Source: a virus (Duplodnaviria; Caudoviricetes). From it: a stretch of DNA of 43,631 nt. Made by a program: the position numbers and the translations under genes. Shown one piece after another: positions 18,084 to 27,600 of this stretch. A model generated the notes under the pieces. The model saw only the letters and a program-made list of their open reading frames with translations, was not told the DNA's origin and made no database searches. The stretch is taken from positions 1 to 43,631 of IMG/VR virus record IMGVR_UViG_3300008267_000103, one strand, 5' to 3'. Position 1 is the first letter of the stretch, and each line of letters begins with the position of its first letter.

Positions 18084-19138
18084 TTACCTTCTTTACTTAG
18101 GTAGTAATATTTATACACCGGATCAAAAGCAAGAGATATACCACTTGTACTTAAGCTTCTAGGCTCGTTATGTACTTTATCTAAATTAATACTATAAAAA
18201 GTTGCTATGGCGTTAGCTATATTTGGCGGTATATGAGTTTTTCCTTTTTTCTTTTTCTTTAAATTTTCTATAGCCGGAAAAGGGGTTTCTTGGTCAATAT
18301 GAGACCGCGCAACCATTGTTACAGACTTAGTGCTAGGTTTAGTTAATTTACTAACCCCGGCAGTTAAGCCTTGATGTCGTGGACCTCTGCTACCTTCGCC
18401 TCCAGTAGACATACCTGGTAACGCAAAAAACTGTTTAAAATTTTCTTGATTAAGAGACAGCTCTTTATCTCCTTTTGCTACCACACCAGTAACGAGTTTA
18501 TCTATCATACCACGCCGCCTTAATTCTTTAAAAGCTAAATTTTCTACAGAGAATTCTCCGCCGGCTTCGAGGCCGGCTTGTCTCATTTTTAATATTTTTT
18601 CTTTAACTCTTTCTGCACATTCTAAATTACAACTGTCACTTAAAGCATGGCTAATTAATTCAAGTATATGATCAACTTTTCGTTTAACCTCTGACTGATT
18701 AATTGGTTTTTCTTTTTCCGGTACTATTAACCACGAATCGTTTTTAATAGAATATACACCGGTTGCGTAATGTTGTTCGTTAATGTCTTGTACGTAGCAC
18801 TCTACATCAAAACCTTTTATTTTTATATCATGGTTGCTATTCCAAACAGTCTTTTTAGCTTTAAAATAATCTTTTAAAAAGTCTACATCCTGACCGTATT
18901 CAGTTAAATCAGTTAGTATATGTAGATCTATATCACTTTGAGGCGTATAATTATAATTTGCTAAAGAACCAGTAAACGTAATATCCTCTACATCAATATC
19001 TAACTCGAAAGACTCTAAAAATGCTTCTGCTACTTGTAGTAGTTTATCTTTTATAGCCGGAATAAGCTTACCGTCTCTCCATACTAATGGATTAAGAGTG
19101 TCATGATATTGAAAAGTAAGCTTTGCAGATGGTTCCAT
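18080..19138 (-). CDS. Nucleotidyltransferase (Pol beta superfamily) of unknown substrate
   Basis: TGSLANYNY...SDIDLHI (GS-x-DxD) and a third acidic strand DVECYVQD. Confidence 0.8.
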   Translation of the reverse strand: MEPSAKLTFQYHDTLNPLVWRDGKLIPAIKDKLLQVAEAFLESFELDIDVEDITFTGSLANYNYTPQSDIDLHILTDLTEYGQDVDFLKDYFKAKKTVWNSNHDIKIKGFDVECYVQDINEQHYATGVYSIKNDSWLIVPEKEKPINQSEVKRKVDHILELISHALSDSCNLECAERVKEKILKMRQAGLEAGGEFSVENLAFKELRRRGMIDKLVTGVVAKGDKELSLNQENFKQFFALPGMSTGGEGSRGPRHQGLTAGVSKLTKPSTKSVTMVARSHIDQETPFPAIENLKKKKKGKTHIPPNIANAIATFYSINLDKVHNEPRSLSTSGISLAFDPVYKYYYLSKEGK

Positions 19139-19141
19139 GTA

Positions 19142-19157
19142 ACGTAAATATTTACGT
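19142..19157. promoter_or_regulatory. Perfect 16-bp palindrome carrying TAAATA on both strands (putative bidirectional late promoter)
   Basis: ACGTAAATATTTACGT fills most of the 20-nt gap between divergent starts at 19138 (-) and 19159 (+). Confidence 0.7.
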
Positions 19158-19158
19158 A

Positions 19159-19899
19159 ATGCCTGACTATTTAAAACTCTTCGAAGATATAGTTAACACT
19201 AATAATCCTGATATTTACCAGGAAAAACTTAACAATGCTATCGAATACCTTAAGAAAAAAGAAAAGGTATTATTTTTAACAACTTCCAATCGTTGGGAAG
19301 GAGATAAAGAAAAACCCAAGAGCACTATTTTAGCAGAGTTTATTAAATCCAAAGTGGGAGATAATGTAGAAATTATCGATGTTGCCAAACTTAACATTTA
19401 TATTTGCGAAGGTAACGTAAGCAAATCAGACGGCAATAATTGCGGGGTAAAAGACTCGGTATTGAAAGATAAAGAAAAAAATCCGAGTGGTAATCATAGA
19501 TGCTGGTGTTCAATTAATAATAAAGATGATGAACTATGGAAAATAAGTAAGCCACTCTTTGAGTCTGATGCAGTAGTATTTTTTGTAAGTGTGCGCTGGG
19601 GTCAAACTAATAGTGTATATCAAAAACTAATTGAACGTTTAGATTGGATAGAAAATAGACATACCACTCTTAAAGAAGATAATATTGTAGAAAATATTGA
19701 TGCGGGTATTATAGCTATAGGTCAAAACTGGAACGGTGAAACAGTTATTGACACTCAAAAGAAAGTATTAGACTTTTATGGGTTCAAAGTACCAGAAGAA
19801 CTTAGCTTTAACTGGCAATACACAAAAGACTCGGCAGATGAATCTCAAGAAAGTTATAAAAAAGCATTAAGCGCTTTTAAGAAAGTATTTGGACTTTAA
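19159..19899 (+). CDS. Flavodoxin-fold protein (NADPH-dependent FMN reductase / iron-sulfur flavoprotein-like)
   Basis: LFLTTSNR...KSTILA, IIDVAKLNIYIC, DDELWKI...SDAVVF..SVRWG..NSVYQKLIERL. Start moved from 19123 to 19159, which removes the overlap and places TAAATA 8 nt upstream. Confidence 0.8.
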   Translation: MPDYLKLFEDIVNTNNPDIYQEKLNNAIEYLKKKEKVLFLTTSNRWEGDKEKPKSTILAEFIKSKVGDNVEIIDVAKLNIYICEGNVSKSDGNNCGVKDSVLKDKEKNPSGNHRCWCSINNKDDELWKISKPLFESDAVVFFVSVRWGQTNSVYQKLIERLDWIENRHTTLKEDNIVENIDAGIIAIGQNWNGETVIDTQKKVLDFYGFKVPEELSFNWQYTKDSADESQESYKKALSAFKKVFGL

Positions 19900-19902
19900 C
19901 TT

Positions 19903-20622
19903 TTATTCCCAAACTACCATCTTCCAGCGCTCATTATCGATACCGAAAAAGCGACACTTCCACGCGCTTTGTTCAAAAAACTCTAAATGACCCCATTGAT
20001 CTTTATACTTAATCAACTGCTTTGCAGCATCATTCCAGTCTATACTTAAAAATACAGCTTCATGTTTTTTTTGCTTTTCGTAAATTTCATTGTAATTGAA
20101 TCCGTCATATTCGTAATGCAACACTTCTAGTACGTTCCCTTCTTTATCAGTGTAGTCCATAGAGAAGTCAAAACCCCACTTAGGTTTCATTTTAATAAGT
20201 TTATATATTAATGTATTTCTCGTAGCAAATGTCTTTAGCTGTTCTAAAGCTTCTCCAGTAAACGCTCGCCTTTCAAATAGTAAACAATGATTTAAATGTG
20301 CTCCCTCCCATACCCCGGTATCATTTCCGGAGTATAAATCAGTTGAACCAGTATACAAACTGTATACATCTTGAGTCATCCATTCTTTTTTAAGACAGTT
20401 TTGAGAAGGATAATGTTTCTGTAAACGTATTTGAGCTTCTTCTGCATACCATTGTTCAATTTCAGTCATTTCATAGCCGTTTTGTTCGAACAATGCTAAA
20501 AATTCAGGGCCTGGGTAAAGCAACTGTTTACCCGCTGTAGAAAATTGTTGAAATCTTGCTAAAGATTTGCTCCAGTAACCAGTAGGATCTAATTCGTTGC
20601 TAGTAAGCTTTAAACCGTTCAT
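19903..20622 (-). CDS. Hypothetical protein
   Basis: Aromatic-rich globular ORF; start moved to ATG 20622 (MNGLK...). Confidence 0.75.
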   Translation of the reverse strand: MNGLKLTSNELDPTGYWSKSLARFQQFSTAGKQLLYPGPEFLALFEQNGYEMTEIEQWYAEEAQIRLQKHYPSQNCLKKEWMTQDVYSLYTGSTDLYSGNDTGVWEGAHLNHCLLFERRAFTGEALEQLKTFATRNTLIYKLIKMKPKWGFDFSMDYTDKEGNVLEVLHYEYDGFNYNEIYEKQKKHEAVFLSIDWNDAAKQLIKYKDQWGHLEFFEQSAWKCRFFGIDNERWKMVVWE

Positions 20623-20669
20623 AATATATTTTATAATTGCAACATGCATTTTCCACAGTAAATACCAGT

Positions 20670-22436
20670 ATGTCTAAAGGCGCTTCTAAAGAAACATTTT
20701 ATATGGGCAATAAAAATCTGCCCGTACCCGAGACTGAATTTCAATGGACGCCAGAAATGGTAGAAGATCTAGAAAGAGCTAGAAAGTCTATATTACATTT
20801 TTCTCGGTTTTTTTATATTGTAAGTCTAGATGAAGGTAAACAGCCTATTAAGCTTTATCCCTATCAAAAGCGTATATTAAAAGCGTTAGTAGAAAATAGA
20901 TTTAACGTAGTATTAGCTTCACGGCAAATTGGTAAAACCACAATTCTTACTATATTTGCTTTATGGATGGTGTGTTTTACTGATGACTATAGAGTATTAT
21001 TAATTGCAAATAAACAAGAAACTGCTAAAAACATATTTAAACGCATCAAGTTGGCGTATGAGATGTTACCTAACTATATGAAGCCCGGGGTAATTGCATA
21101 CGCAAAAGAAGGTATGGAACTAGCCAACGGCAGCTCAATAGGTATTAGTACAACAACTTCTGATGCTGCTCGTGGTGAATCTATTAACTGTCTACTTCTT
21201 GATGAAGCTGCGTTTATTCCACCTGAGTTTATGGATGACTTTTGGGAATCAGTGTTTCCTGTTATTTCGTCTTCTAAAAAGTCTAAAATTTTTATGTTAT
21301 CTACTCCTAATGGAGTCGGTAATTTGTTTTTCAATACCTATAACGATGCTACGCTCGGCAAAAACGGCTGGCACCATGAAAGAGTTGATTGGTTTGAAGT
21401 GCCTGGAAGAGATGAAAAATGGAAAGAAATGACTATAAGAGCATTAGGTTCTTTAGAGTCTTTTAATCAGGAATACGGTAATGAGTTTAGAGCAGCTGGG
21501 GAAAATGTTTTTGATAAAGAACAATTAGAAGAAATGGAAAATACCGCGTTAGAACCGGTATATACGGATGATGACGGACTATTAAAAGTGTATAAAGATA
21601 GAATTGACGGACATTATTACACTATAGGGGTTGACGTAGGGGAAGGTATAGGTAGAGCTAACTCAACTATACAAGTGGTGGACATTACAGATTTAACTCA
21701 AATAGAGCAAGTAGCTACATATGCTTATAATAAATTAGATCCGTTTAATTTTGCAGCTAAATTAATAGAAATAGCTGCTCAATGGAACAACCCGCCCATA
21801 CTTATTGAAAGAAATAATTGCGGTGCGCAAGTAGTAGACGCTTTAATACATACCCATCAGTATAATAATTTAGTAAAATATACCCCTAGTATGGGTTCAT
21901 TTACAGAAAAAGCCGAACAAGATAATAGAATGGGTATATATTCTCACACTAATAGTAAATTTAATTCTATGTCTAATTTTAGATACTGGATGAATGTATT
22001 AAAAGTAGTTAAGCTAAATGATAAAGAAACTATTGGAGAGTTTAAAACATATATACGACACCCCAACGGTATATGGAAAAAACAGTCTGATAAATATATG
22101 GATGATAGAGTAGAGGCTCTTATTTGGGCGCTTTTTATATTAGATAATAAAGTTGCAGAGCAGTTTTACGAAATTGTACAGCAAGACAGTAATGGTAAAA
22201 TATTAAAAATGGTACCAAATAACTGGGATCCTTTTGTAATGAGTATGCCAAAGCCTTCTGAAATGAATAGACGTCTTGATAAAAAAGAAGAAAATACAAT
22301 TATACCTCATAACCCTGTCGTTATACCTGAAACTGAAGAACAGGATGCAGATATAAATGAATTATTTGAACAAGGGTGGAGACTACCTAACGGTAGTACT
22401 GCTAACAGAATGTTTGATCAGAGATTTATACAATAA
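20670..22436 (+). CDS. gp17: Terminase large subunit, T4-like
   Basis: Walker A ASRQIGKTT, Walker B LLLDEAAF, STPNG coupling motif, FNQEY, nuclease GVDVGEG and DDRV. Start moved to 20670 (TAAATA 5 nt upstream). Confidence 0.96.
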   Translation: MSKGASKETFYMGNKNLPVPETEFQWTPEMVEDLERARKSILHFSRFFYIVSLDEGKQPIKLYPYQKRILKALVENRFNVVLASRQIGKTTILTIFALWMVCFTDDYRVLLIANKQETAKNIFKRIKLAYEMLPNYMKPGVIAYAKEGMELANGSSIGISTTTSDAARGESINCLLLDEAAFIPPEFMDDFWESVFPVISSSKKSKIFMLSTPNGVGNLFFNTYNDATLGKNGWHHERVDWFEVPGRDEKWKEMTIRALGSLESFNQEYGNEFRAAGENVFDKEQLEEMENTALEPVYTDDDGLLKVYKDRIDGHYYTIGVDVGEGIGRANSTIQVVDITDLTQIEQVATYAYNKLDPFNFAAKLIEIAAQWNNPPILIERNNCGAQVVDALIHTHQYNNLVKYTPSMGSFTEKAEQDNRMGIYSHTNSKFNSMSNFRYWMNVLKVVKLNDKETIGEFKTYIRHPNGIWKKQSDKYMDDRVEALIWALFILDNKVAEQFYEIVQQDSNGKILKMVPNNWDPFVMSMPKPSEMNRRLDKKEENTIIPHNPVVIPETEEQDADINELFEQGWRLPNGSTANRMFDQRFIQ

Positions 22437-22461
22437 AAAAGCCCGCTTAAAGCGGGCTTTT
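22435..22461. terminator. Bidirectional rho-independent terminator
   Basis: aaaagcccgct-taa-agcgggctttt between convergent genes. Confidence 0.88.
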
Positions 22462-22483
22462 GAAGTCTATGCCTTTAAGACTA

Positions 22484-23551
22484 TTAATTAGCGAAAAGAT
22501 CTTTACCTGTCTTTAGATTACCGGTCTGATTGTTTCCAGTTGGTTTTTGTAGCCCTTTGTCAAAATCTTTTGCTTTCTTAGGAGTAGGATCTTGAACAGT
22601 GCCAGGAGCTCCTTGCTCAGAAGCAGATCCACCCTTTTGGGTTACTGTGCCTGTACCAACAGTCTTTAGCTTGTGACCATCTTTAAGTTGTTCTGATTTT
22701 GCTCCAGAACCTACACCAGCATGGCCGAGATCTTCAGCTTCTACTTCTTCCATAACTGGGGTTTCGTCTTCAGCACCCATCGCGCCTTCTTCGTCTCCTA
22801 AAGTACCAGTCTCAACGTCATGAGCAATGTCTTTTCTTAAGAAAGCTAATACTTTTTCGAGAGCTTCAACAGCTTCTTCGTGAGAGAGAGTTGTTTCTTC
22901 TGCTGGAGCCATATCTGTCTCAGCTCCTGTATCTAGACCTGCATCTGCAGCAGGCGCCACTGGAGTCATATCTTCCTCTTCGGATACGAAAGGAACATTG
23001 TTGACTGCATCTTCATATAGTTGATCGAATTTTGATTTAGGCATAGTAAATTGTTGTTTCTTATATTTATTAGATTTAGTAACGGTTTCTACGTTTTCTT
23101 CTACTTTTTCTTCTTTTTCCTCTTCACCATTTTCATCATTATGGTGTTTTTTGTTAAGATGGTTTTTATCTTCTGTTTCATCTTCTTCTTCGTTTTCCTC
23201 ATCAGCTTCTTTTAAAGGAACTTCTTTGTCACTGCCAGGAACTTTTACCTTCTCTCCGGGTTGTATACCGTCTTTTTTGGCATCAATAACGGCTTTAGCA
23301 AAAGCATTGCCTTCTTTTTTAGGCTTTTTCACAGGTTCAAAATTATCAGCCCCGTGTGGACCACTTTTTTTCTTATCAGCTAATTCAACTTTAGTGTCAG
23401 TACCAATATCTTGAGCTGACTCAGGAAGGTACATGGCAGTATTAGTAGGTAAAATGGTGGCGGGTTTCTTAGCTTCATCAACTTTAACAGTGTTTTGTTG
23501 AATAGAAGCATACAACTGATCTAACCCGGCAAGGCTTTTTATTTTGCTCAT
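22484..23551 (-). CDS. Acidic low-complexity protein, possible prohead core/scaffold-type protein
   Basis: Very rich in E/D/K; start moved to ATG 23551 (TAAATA 8 nt upstream). Function inferred from composition and context only. Confidence 0.55.
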   Translation of the reverse strand: MSKIKSLAGLDQLYASIQQNTVKVDEAKKPATILPTNTAMYLPESAQDIGTDTKVELADKKKSGPHGADNFEPVKKPKKEGNAFAKAVIDAKKDGIQPGEKVKVPGSDKEVPLKEADEENEEEDETEDKNHLNKKHHNDENGEEEKEEKVEENVETVTKSNKYKKQQFTMPKSKFDQLYEDAVNNVPFVSEEEDMTPVAPAADAGLDTGAETDMAPAEETTLSHEEAVEALEKVLAFLRKDIAHDVETGTLGDEEGAMGAEDETPVMEEVEAEDLGHAGVGSGAKSEQLKDGHKLKTVGTGTVTQKGGSASEQGAPGTVQDPTPKKAKDFDKGLQKPTGNNQTGNLKTGKDLFAN

Positions 23552-23606
23552 TGTAATATTATTTAGCAAATTTGTGATTAATTCTATAAATTCTGTAAAT
23601 ATTTTT

Positions 23607-24593
23607 ATGTCAATAGCGAAGTACTGTGTAGATACGGGCTACTATATTGCCCCTTCAGTTACCACTGGTAATACAGAATGCCTCTCAGGGGACCTTCGCT
23701 ATTTGGATATAAGCAAAACAGATACAGAACGTAATCTTTGGGAAAATTGGTGGGATGAACAAATACGGCAATATGGTATGCGTACTAGCTACTATATAAA
23801 TGCTTATACTCTTTCTGGACACGACTTTTTCTACGGAGAACAGCCTTTAGCTGGATTTCTTCCGCCGTTAAGCGTGGTAATGTGTCTTACTGTTAATAAT
23901 GATAGTATTATATTAAGTAAATTTGGTATACAAGGTAATGCGGATATTACAGCGGTTGTTTCTATTAAAGCATTTACCTCTTCTTTAACTGCATCTTCTT
24001 TAAGCGGCATAACATCTAGATATACATATGAACCTAAAGCAGGGGATTTAATTGAATTATCCGAATATGGTACTACTCGTCCAAACGGAAGAAGCGGGCA
24101 AATATATGAAATAACAGAACGAGTTGATCAAAGAGGTGGAGAAGCTAATCAATTAATGGGGCATTATGTTTGGATGATAAAAGGTAAACGTTATGATTAT
24201 ACCTTTGAACCTAATGCCCCACGAGAAGCTCTTAGCAAACAGGTATTTGATAATAAATACGATGGAATTGTGCCTCTTGATACCGGAACTCCTGGAGCGG
24301 ATGCTCGCATTATTGAAACCAAAGCATATTCTCAAAATGTGGATAAGCAAGGTAGAACAGTTGTGTATAATTACCAACAAAATACTAATGCTCCGCTTTC
24401 TGGATACTTAACATATGACGGCACTGATCCTAAAACTGGCCGACCAAATACCGGGGTGTATGGGGCGTATGATGATGGTGGTACTTTAGTAAATCTATAC
24501 GCAGGCGGCGGCGCTCATACCCCAAGCGCAAGTGCGCTTGGTTCTAATAATAGTGAAAATACATATCTCGGACTTCGTAGTCCTAATAACTAA
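23607..24593 (+). CDS. Neck / head completion protein, gp14-like
   Basis: EQIRQYG...YY...D.FYGE, SKFGIQ, PKAGDLI, IYEI, QLMG...YDYTFE follow the gp14 pattern. Start moved to 23607. Confidence 0.75.
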   Translation: MSIAKYCVDTGYYIAPSVTTGNTECLSGDLRYLDISKTDTERNLWENWWDEQIRQYGMRTSYYINAYTLSGHDFFYGEQPLAGFLPPLSVVMCLTVNNDSIILSKFGIQGNADITAVVSIKAFTSSLTASSLSGITSRYTYEPKAGDLIELSEYGTTRPNGRSGQIYEITERVDQRGGEANQLMGHYVWMIKGKRYDYTFEPNAPREALSKQVFDNKYDGIVPLDTGTPGADARIIETKAYSQNVDKQGRTVVYNYQQNTNAPLSGYLTYDGTDPKTGRPNTGVYGAYDDGGTLVNLYAGGGAHTPSASALGSNNSENTYLGLRSPNN

Positions 24594-24603
24594 ATAATAT
24601 TAT

Positions 24604-27600
24604 ATGGCTGACACACAGTATCCTACAATTGTATATCCTCACGAGCTACCTACTGTTCCTCAAGCTCAGCCAGGCGATTTACTTTTCTTAGAGCAAAAAA
24701 ACCCAGACGGTTCTTACACCACTTATTCTGTTGCAGTTTCAACAGTATCTGCAGTAGGACCTAAAGGAGATGAAGGCCTTTCAGGTTATTCAGGTGTATC
24801 TGGTTTTAGCGGTATAAGTGGTTTTAGTGGTCAAGGCGTATCGGGGTATTCTGGTTATAGTGGAGAAAGTACTTCAGGCTATTCAGGTATTTCAGGTTAC
24901 TCTGGTATAAGCGGGTACTCAGGCTACTCTGGTATTAGCGGCTATTCTGGTATTAGCGGTTTTAGTGGGTACAGTGGTTACAGTGGTATAAGTGGTTATA
25001 GTGGTATAAGTGGTTACAGCGGACCTTCTCCTACAGGGGTAGTTTACTATTATTCTACTTCTGCCGCTGATGTGAGCGGTTTACCGTTACCTCAAGGCTT
25101 ACCTACTCCTTACAATTACGGTTTATTATTCGACGCTCAAGAGGTAGGTTCAGAAATTTATCTTGATACTATTATAAACGATACGGATGGGCAAGCTTTA
25201 GTGTTTGCTGCTATTACACCTCCAAGTAAACCATTTAAAACTCTTATTAATATAGGTAATTGGTCGTTTGATACTTTCTATTCAGTTTCAGGTTTAAGCG
25301 CTGAGTATAGTACTACCAATTTTGTTTATAAAGTATTTAAAAGAGCGGTAGACAGCACTGAAACAGAATTATTTTCTGCTACGGGAGCCGCGTTAACTAA
25401 AACTCCATTTGCGACTTATCAAAGAACAAATTATTACATACAGTCTCCATTAGTATTAAATCAATCAGATAGACTTGTCTTTAAAGTATTCGTACAAACT
25501 ACTAACACTGAAGACACAGACGTAACATATTATTATCTCGGAGACACAAATTATAGTAGAGTAGTAACAAATATAACAATAGGGTTTGACGGTCAATCTG
25601 GCTTTTCTGGTATGTCTGGTTACAGCGGCATATCGGGGTATTCTGGTTTTAGTGGATCCGGAACCTCGGGGTATTCTGGTTTTAGTGGTCAAGGTACATC
25701 AGGTTATTCTGGTTATAGTGGTAATAGTACTTCTGGCTATTCTGGCTATAGTGGTATAAGTGGCTATTCTGGTCCTTCAGGCTATTCGGGTTATTCTGGT
25801 ATGTCGGGCTACTCTGGTTTTAGTGGAGCGAGCGGTTTTAGTGGCCAAGGCATTTCAGGGTACTCTGGTTTTAGTGGTAATAGTGCTTCTGGTTATTCAG
25901 GCTATAGCGGTATTAGTGGCTATTCTGGTATAAGTGGTTACTCAGGCTACTCAGGTTTTAGCGGTATATCAGGCTTTAGTGGTTATAGCGGTACTGGTAG
26001 CTCTGGTTATTCAGGTATTTCAGGTTATTCAGGTATAAGCGGCTATTCTGGTCTTTCAGGTCATTCTGGTTACAGCGGTATTTCAGGATACTCTGGAATA
26101 AGCGGCTATTCAGGTATATCAGGTCATTCTGGTTATAGTGGTATATCAGGTTTTAGCGGTCAAGGTACTTCTGGCTTTTCAGGGTACTCGGGCTTTAGCG
26201 GTATAAGTGGTTTTAGTGGTTTTAGTGGTTATTCAGGTGTATCAGGTTATTCTGGTTATAGTGGTATAAGCGGTTATTCCGGTATATCAGGTTTTAGCGG
26301 TCAAGGTACTTCAGGCTATTCTGGTTTTAGCGGTTACAGTGGTATATCTGGTTATACAGGGTTTAGCGGGGTGTCCGGTTATAGTGGTATTAGTGGTTAT
26401 AGCGGTATATCAGGCTTTAGTGGTTATTCAGGCGTATCAGGTTATTCTGGCTATAGCGGTATTAGTGGTTATTCGGGCTATAGTGGTTATTCGGGCTATA
26501 GCGGTATTTCTGGTTACTCTGGCAATTCAGGTTACAGTGGTTTGTCTGGTTATTCAGGTTTTAGCGGTATATCTGGTTATTCTGGTTTTAGCGGTATATC
26601 AGGTTTTAGTGGTCAGGGCACATCAGGGTATTCTGGTTATAGTGGTATAAGTGGTTACAGCGGCTTTTCCGGCTATAGCGGGTATAGTGGTATAAGCGGT
26701 TATTCAGGTTATAGTGGTATTTCTGGCTACTCCGGCTACTCCGGTATATCAGGTTATAGTGGTATTTCAGGCTTTAGCGGCTGGAGCGGTTACTCTGGCT
26801 ACAGTGGGTATAGCGGAGATAGCGGTATATCTGGCTATAGCGGGTATTCTGGTTATAGTGGTTATAGTGGAATAACCCCTCAGATTTGTACCGTATTTTT
26901 TCCAAATACGGGAGAATATTATTTTCAGTCAGTCGGGGAAACATTTTATCAAACCCCTATTACAGCAGGGTTAGCGTTTAACGCTGGTCAAACATTGTCT
27001 GTATACGCCGCCGGAGACAATATTGTTCAGTATATGTTTGTTCGCAGTTATGATAGCGTGACTGGTGCATTAAGTGCAATTGTAACGTATTCTCAGTCTC
27101 CTGGTTTTAAGACATATAATAATCTTGAAATATGTTTAGCAGGACAAGTAGGTATATCAGGGTATTCTGGTTATAGCGGTATTAGTGGTTATTCAGGTAT
27201 ATCAGGATTTAGCGGTCAAGGCATTTCAGGGTATTCTGGTTATTCAGGCTATAGCGGCATAAGCGGTTACTCAGGCTACAGCGGTATTTCTGGTTACTCT
27301 GGTTACTCTGGTATATCAGGCTATAGCGGTATAAGTGGTTATTCTGGTATATCTGGCTATTCTGGCTATAGCGGTATAAGTGGTTATTCTGGTATATCTG
27401 GCTATTCTGGCTATAGCGGTATAAGTGGCTATTCTGGTCCTTCAGGCTATTCAGGCTATTCAGGTTATTCTGGAGTATCAGGCTACTCTGGTTTTAGCGG
27501 CTATTCAGGTTACAGCGGTATTAGCGGTTATTCAGGCTATAGCGGTATTTCTGGCTACTCAGGTTTTAGCGGGATCAGCGGTTATTCCGGTTATTCAGGC

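Noticed and set aside
20670-22436. Intein or intron in the terminase
   Set aside because: 588 aa with normally spaced ATPase and nuclease motifs; no splice or homing-endonuclease signatures seen.
19123-23606. ORF-track starts at 19123, 20637, 20649, 23544 and 23569
   Set aside because: They create head-to-head overlaps. Downstream ATGs (19159, 20670, 20622, 23607, 23551) remove them, and four of the five follow a TAAATA.
1409-24411. Short overlapping ORFs (1409, 1659, 2335, 3531, 4403, 8260, 9462, 10171, 13920, 14879, 16032, 19215, 21074, 21163, 23151, 24153 and similar)
   Set aside because: They overlap well-supported genes, lack start signals and show no recognisable motifs.
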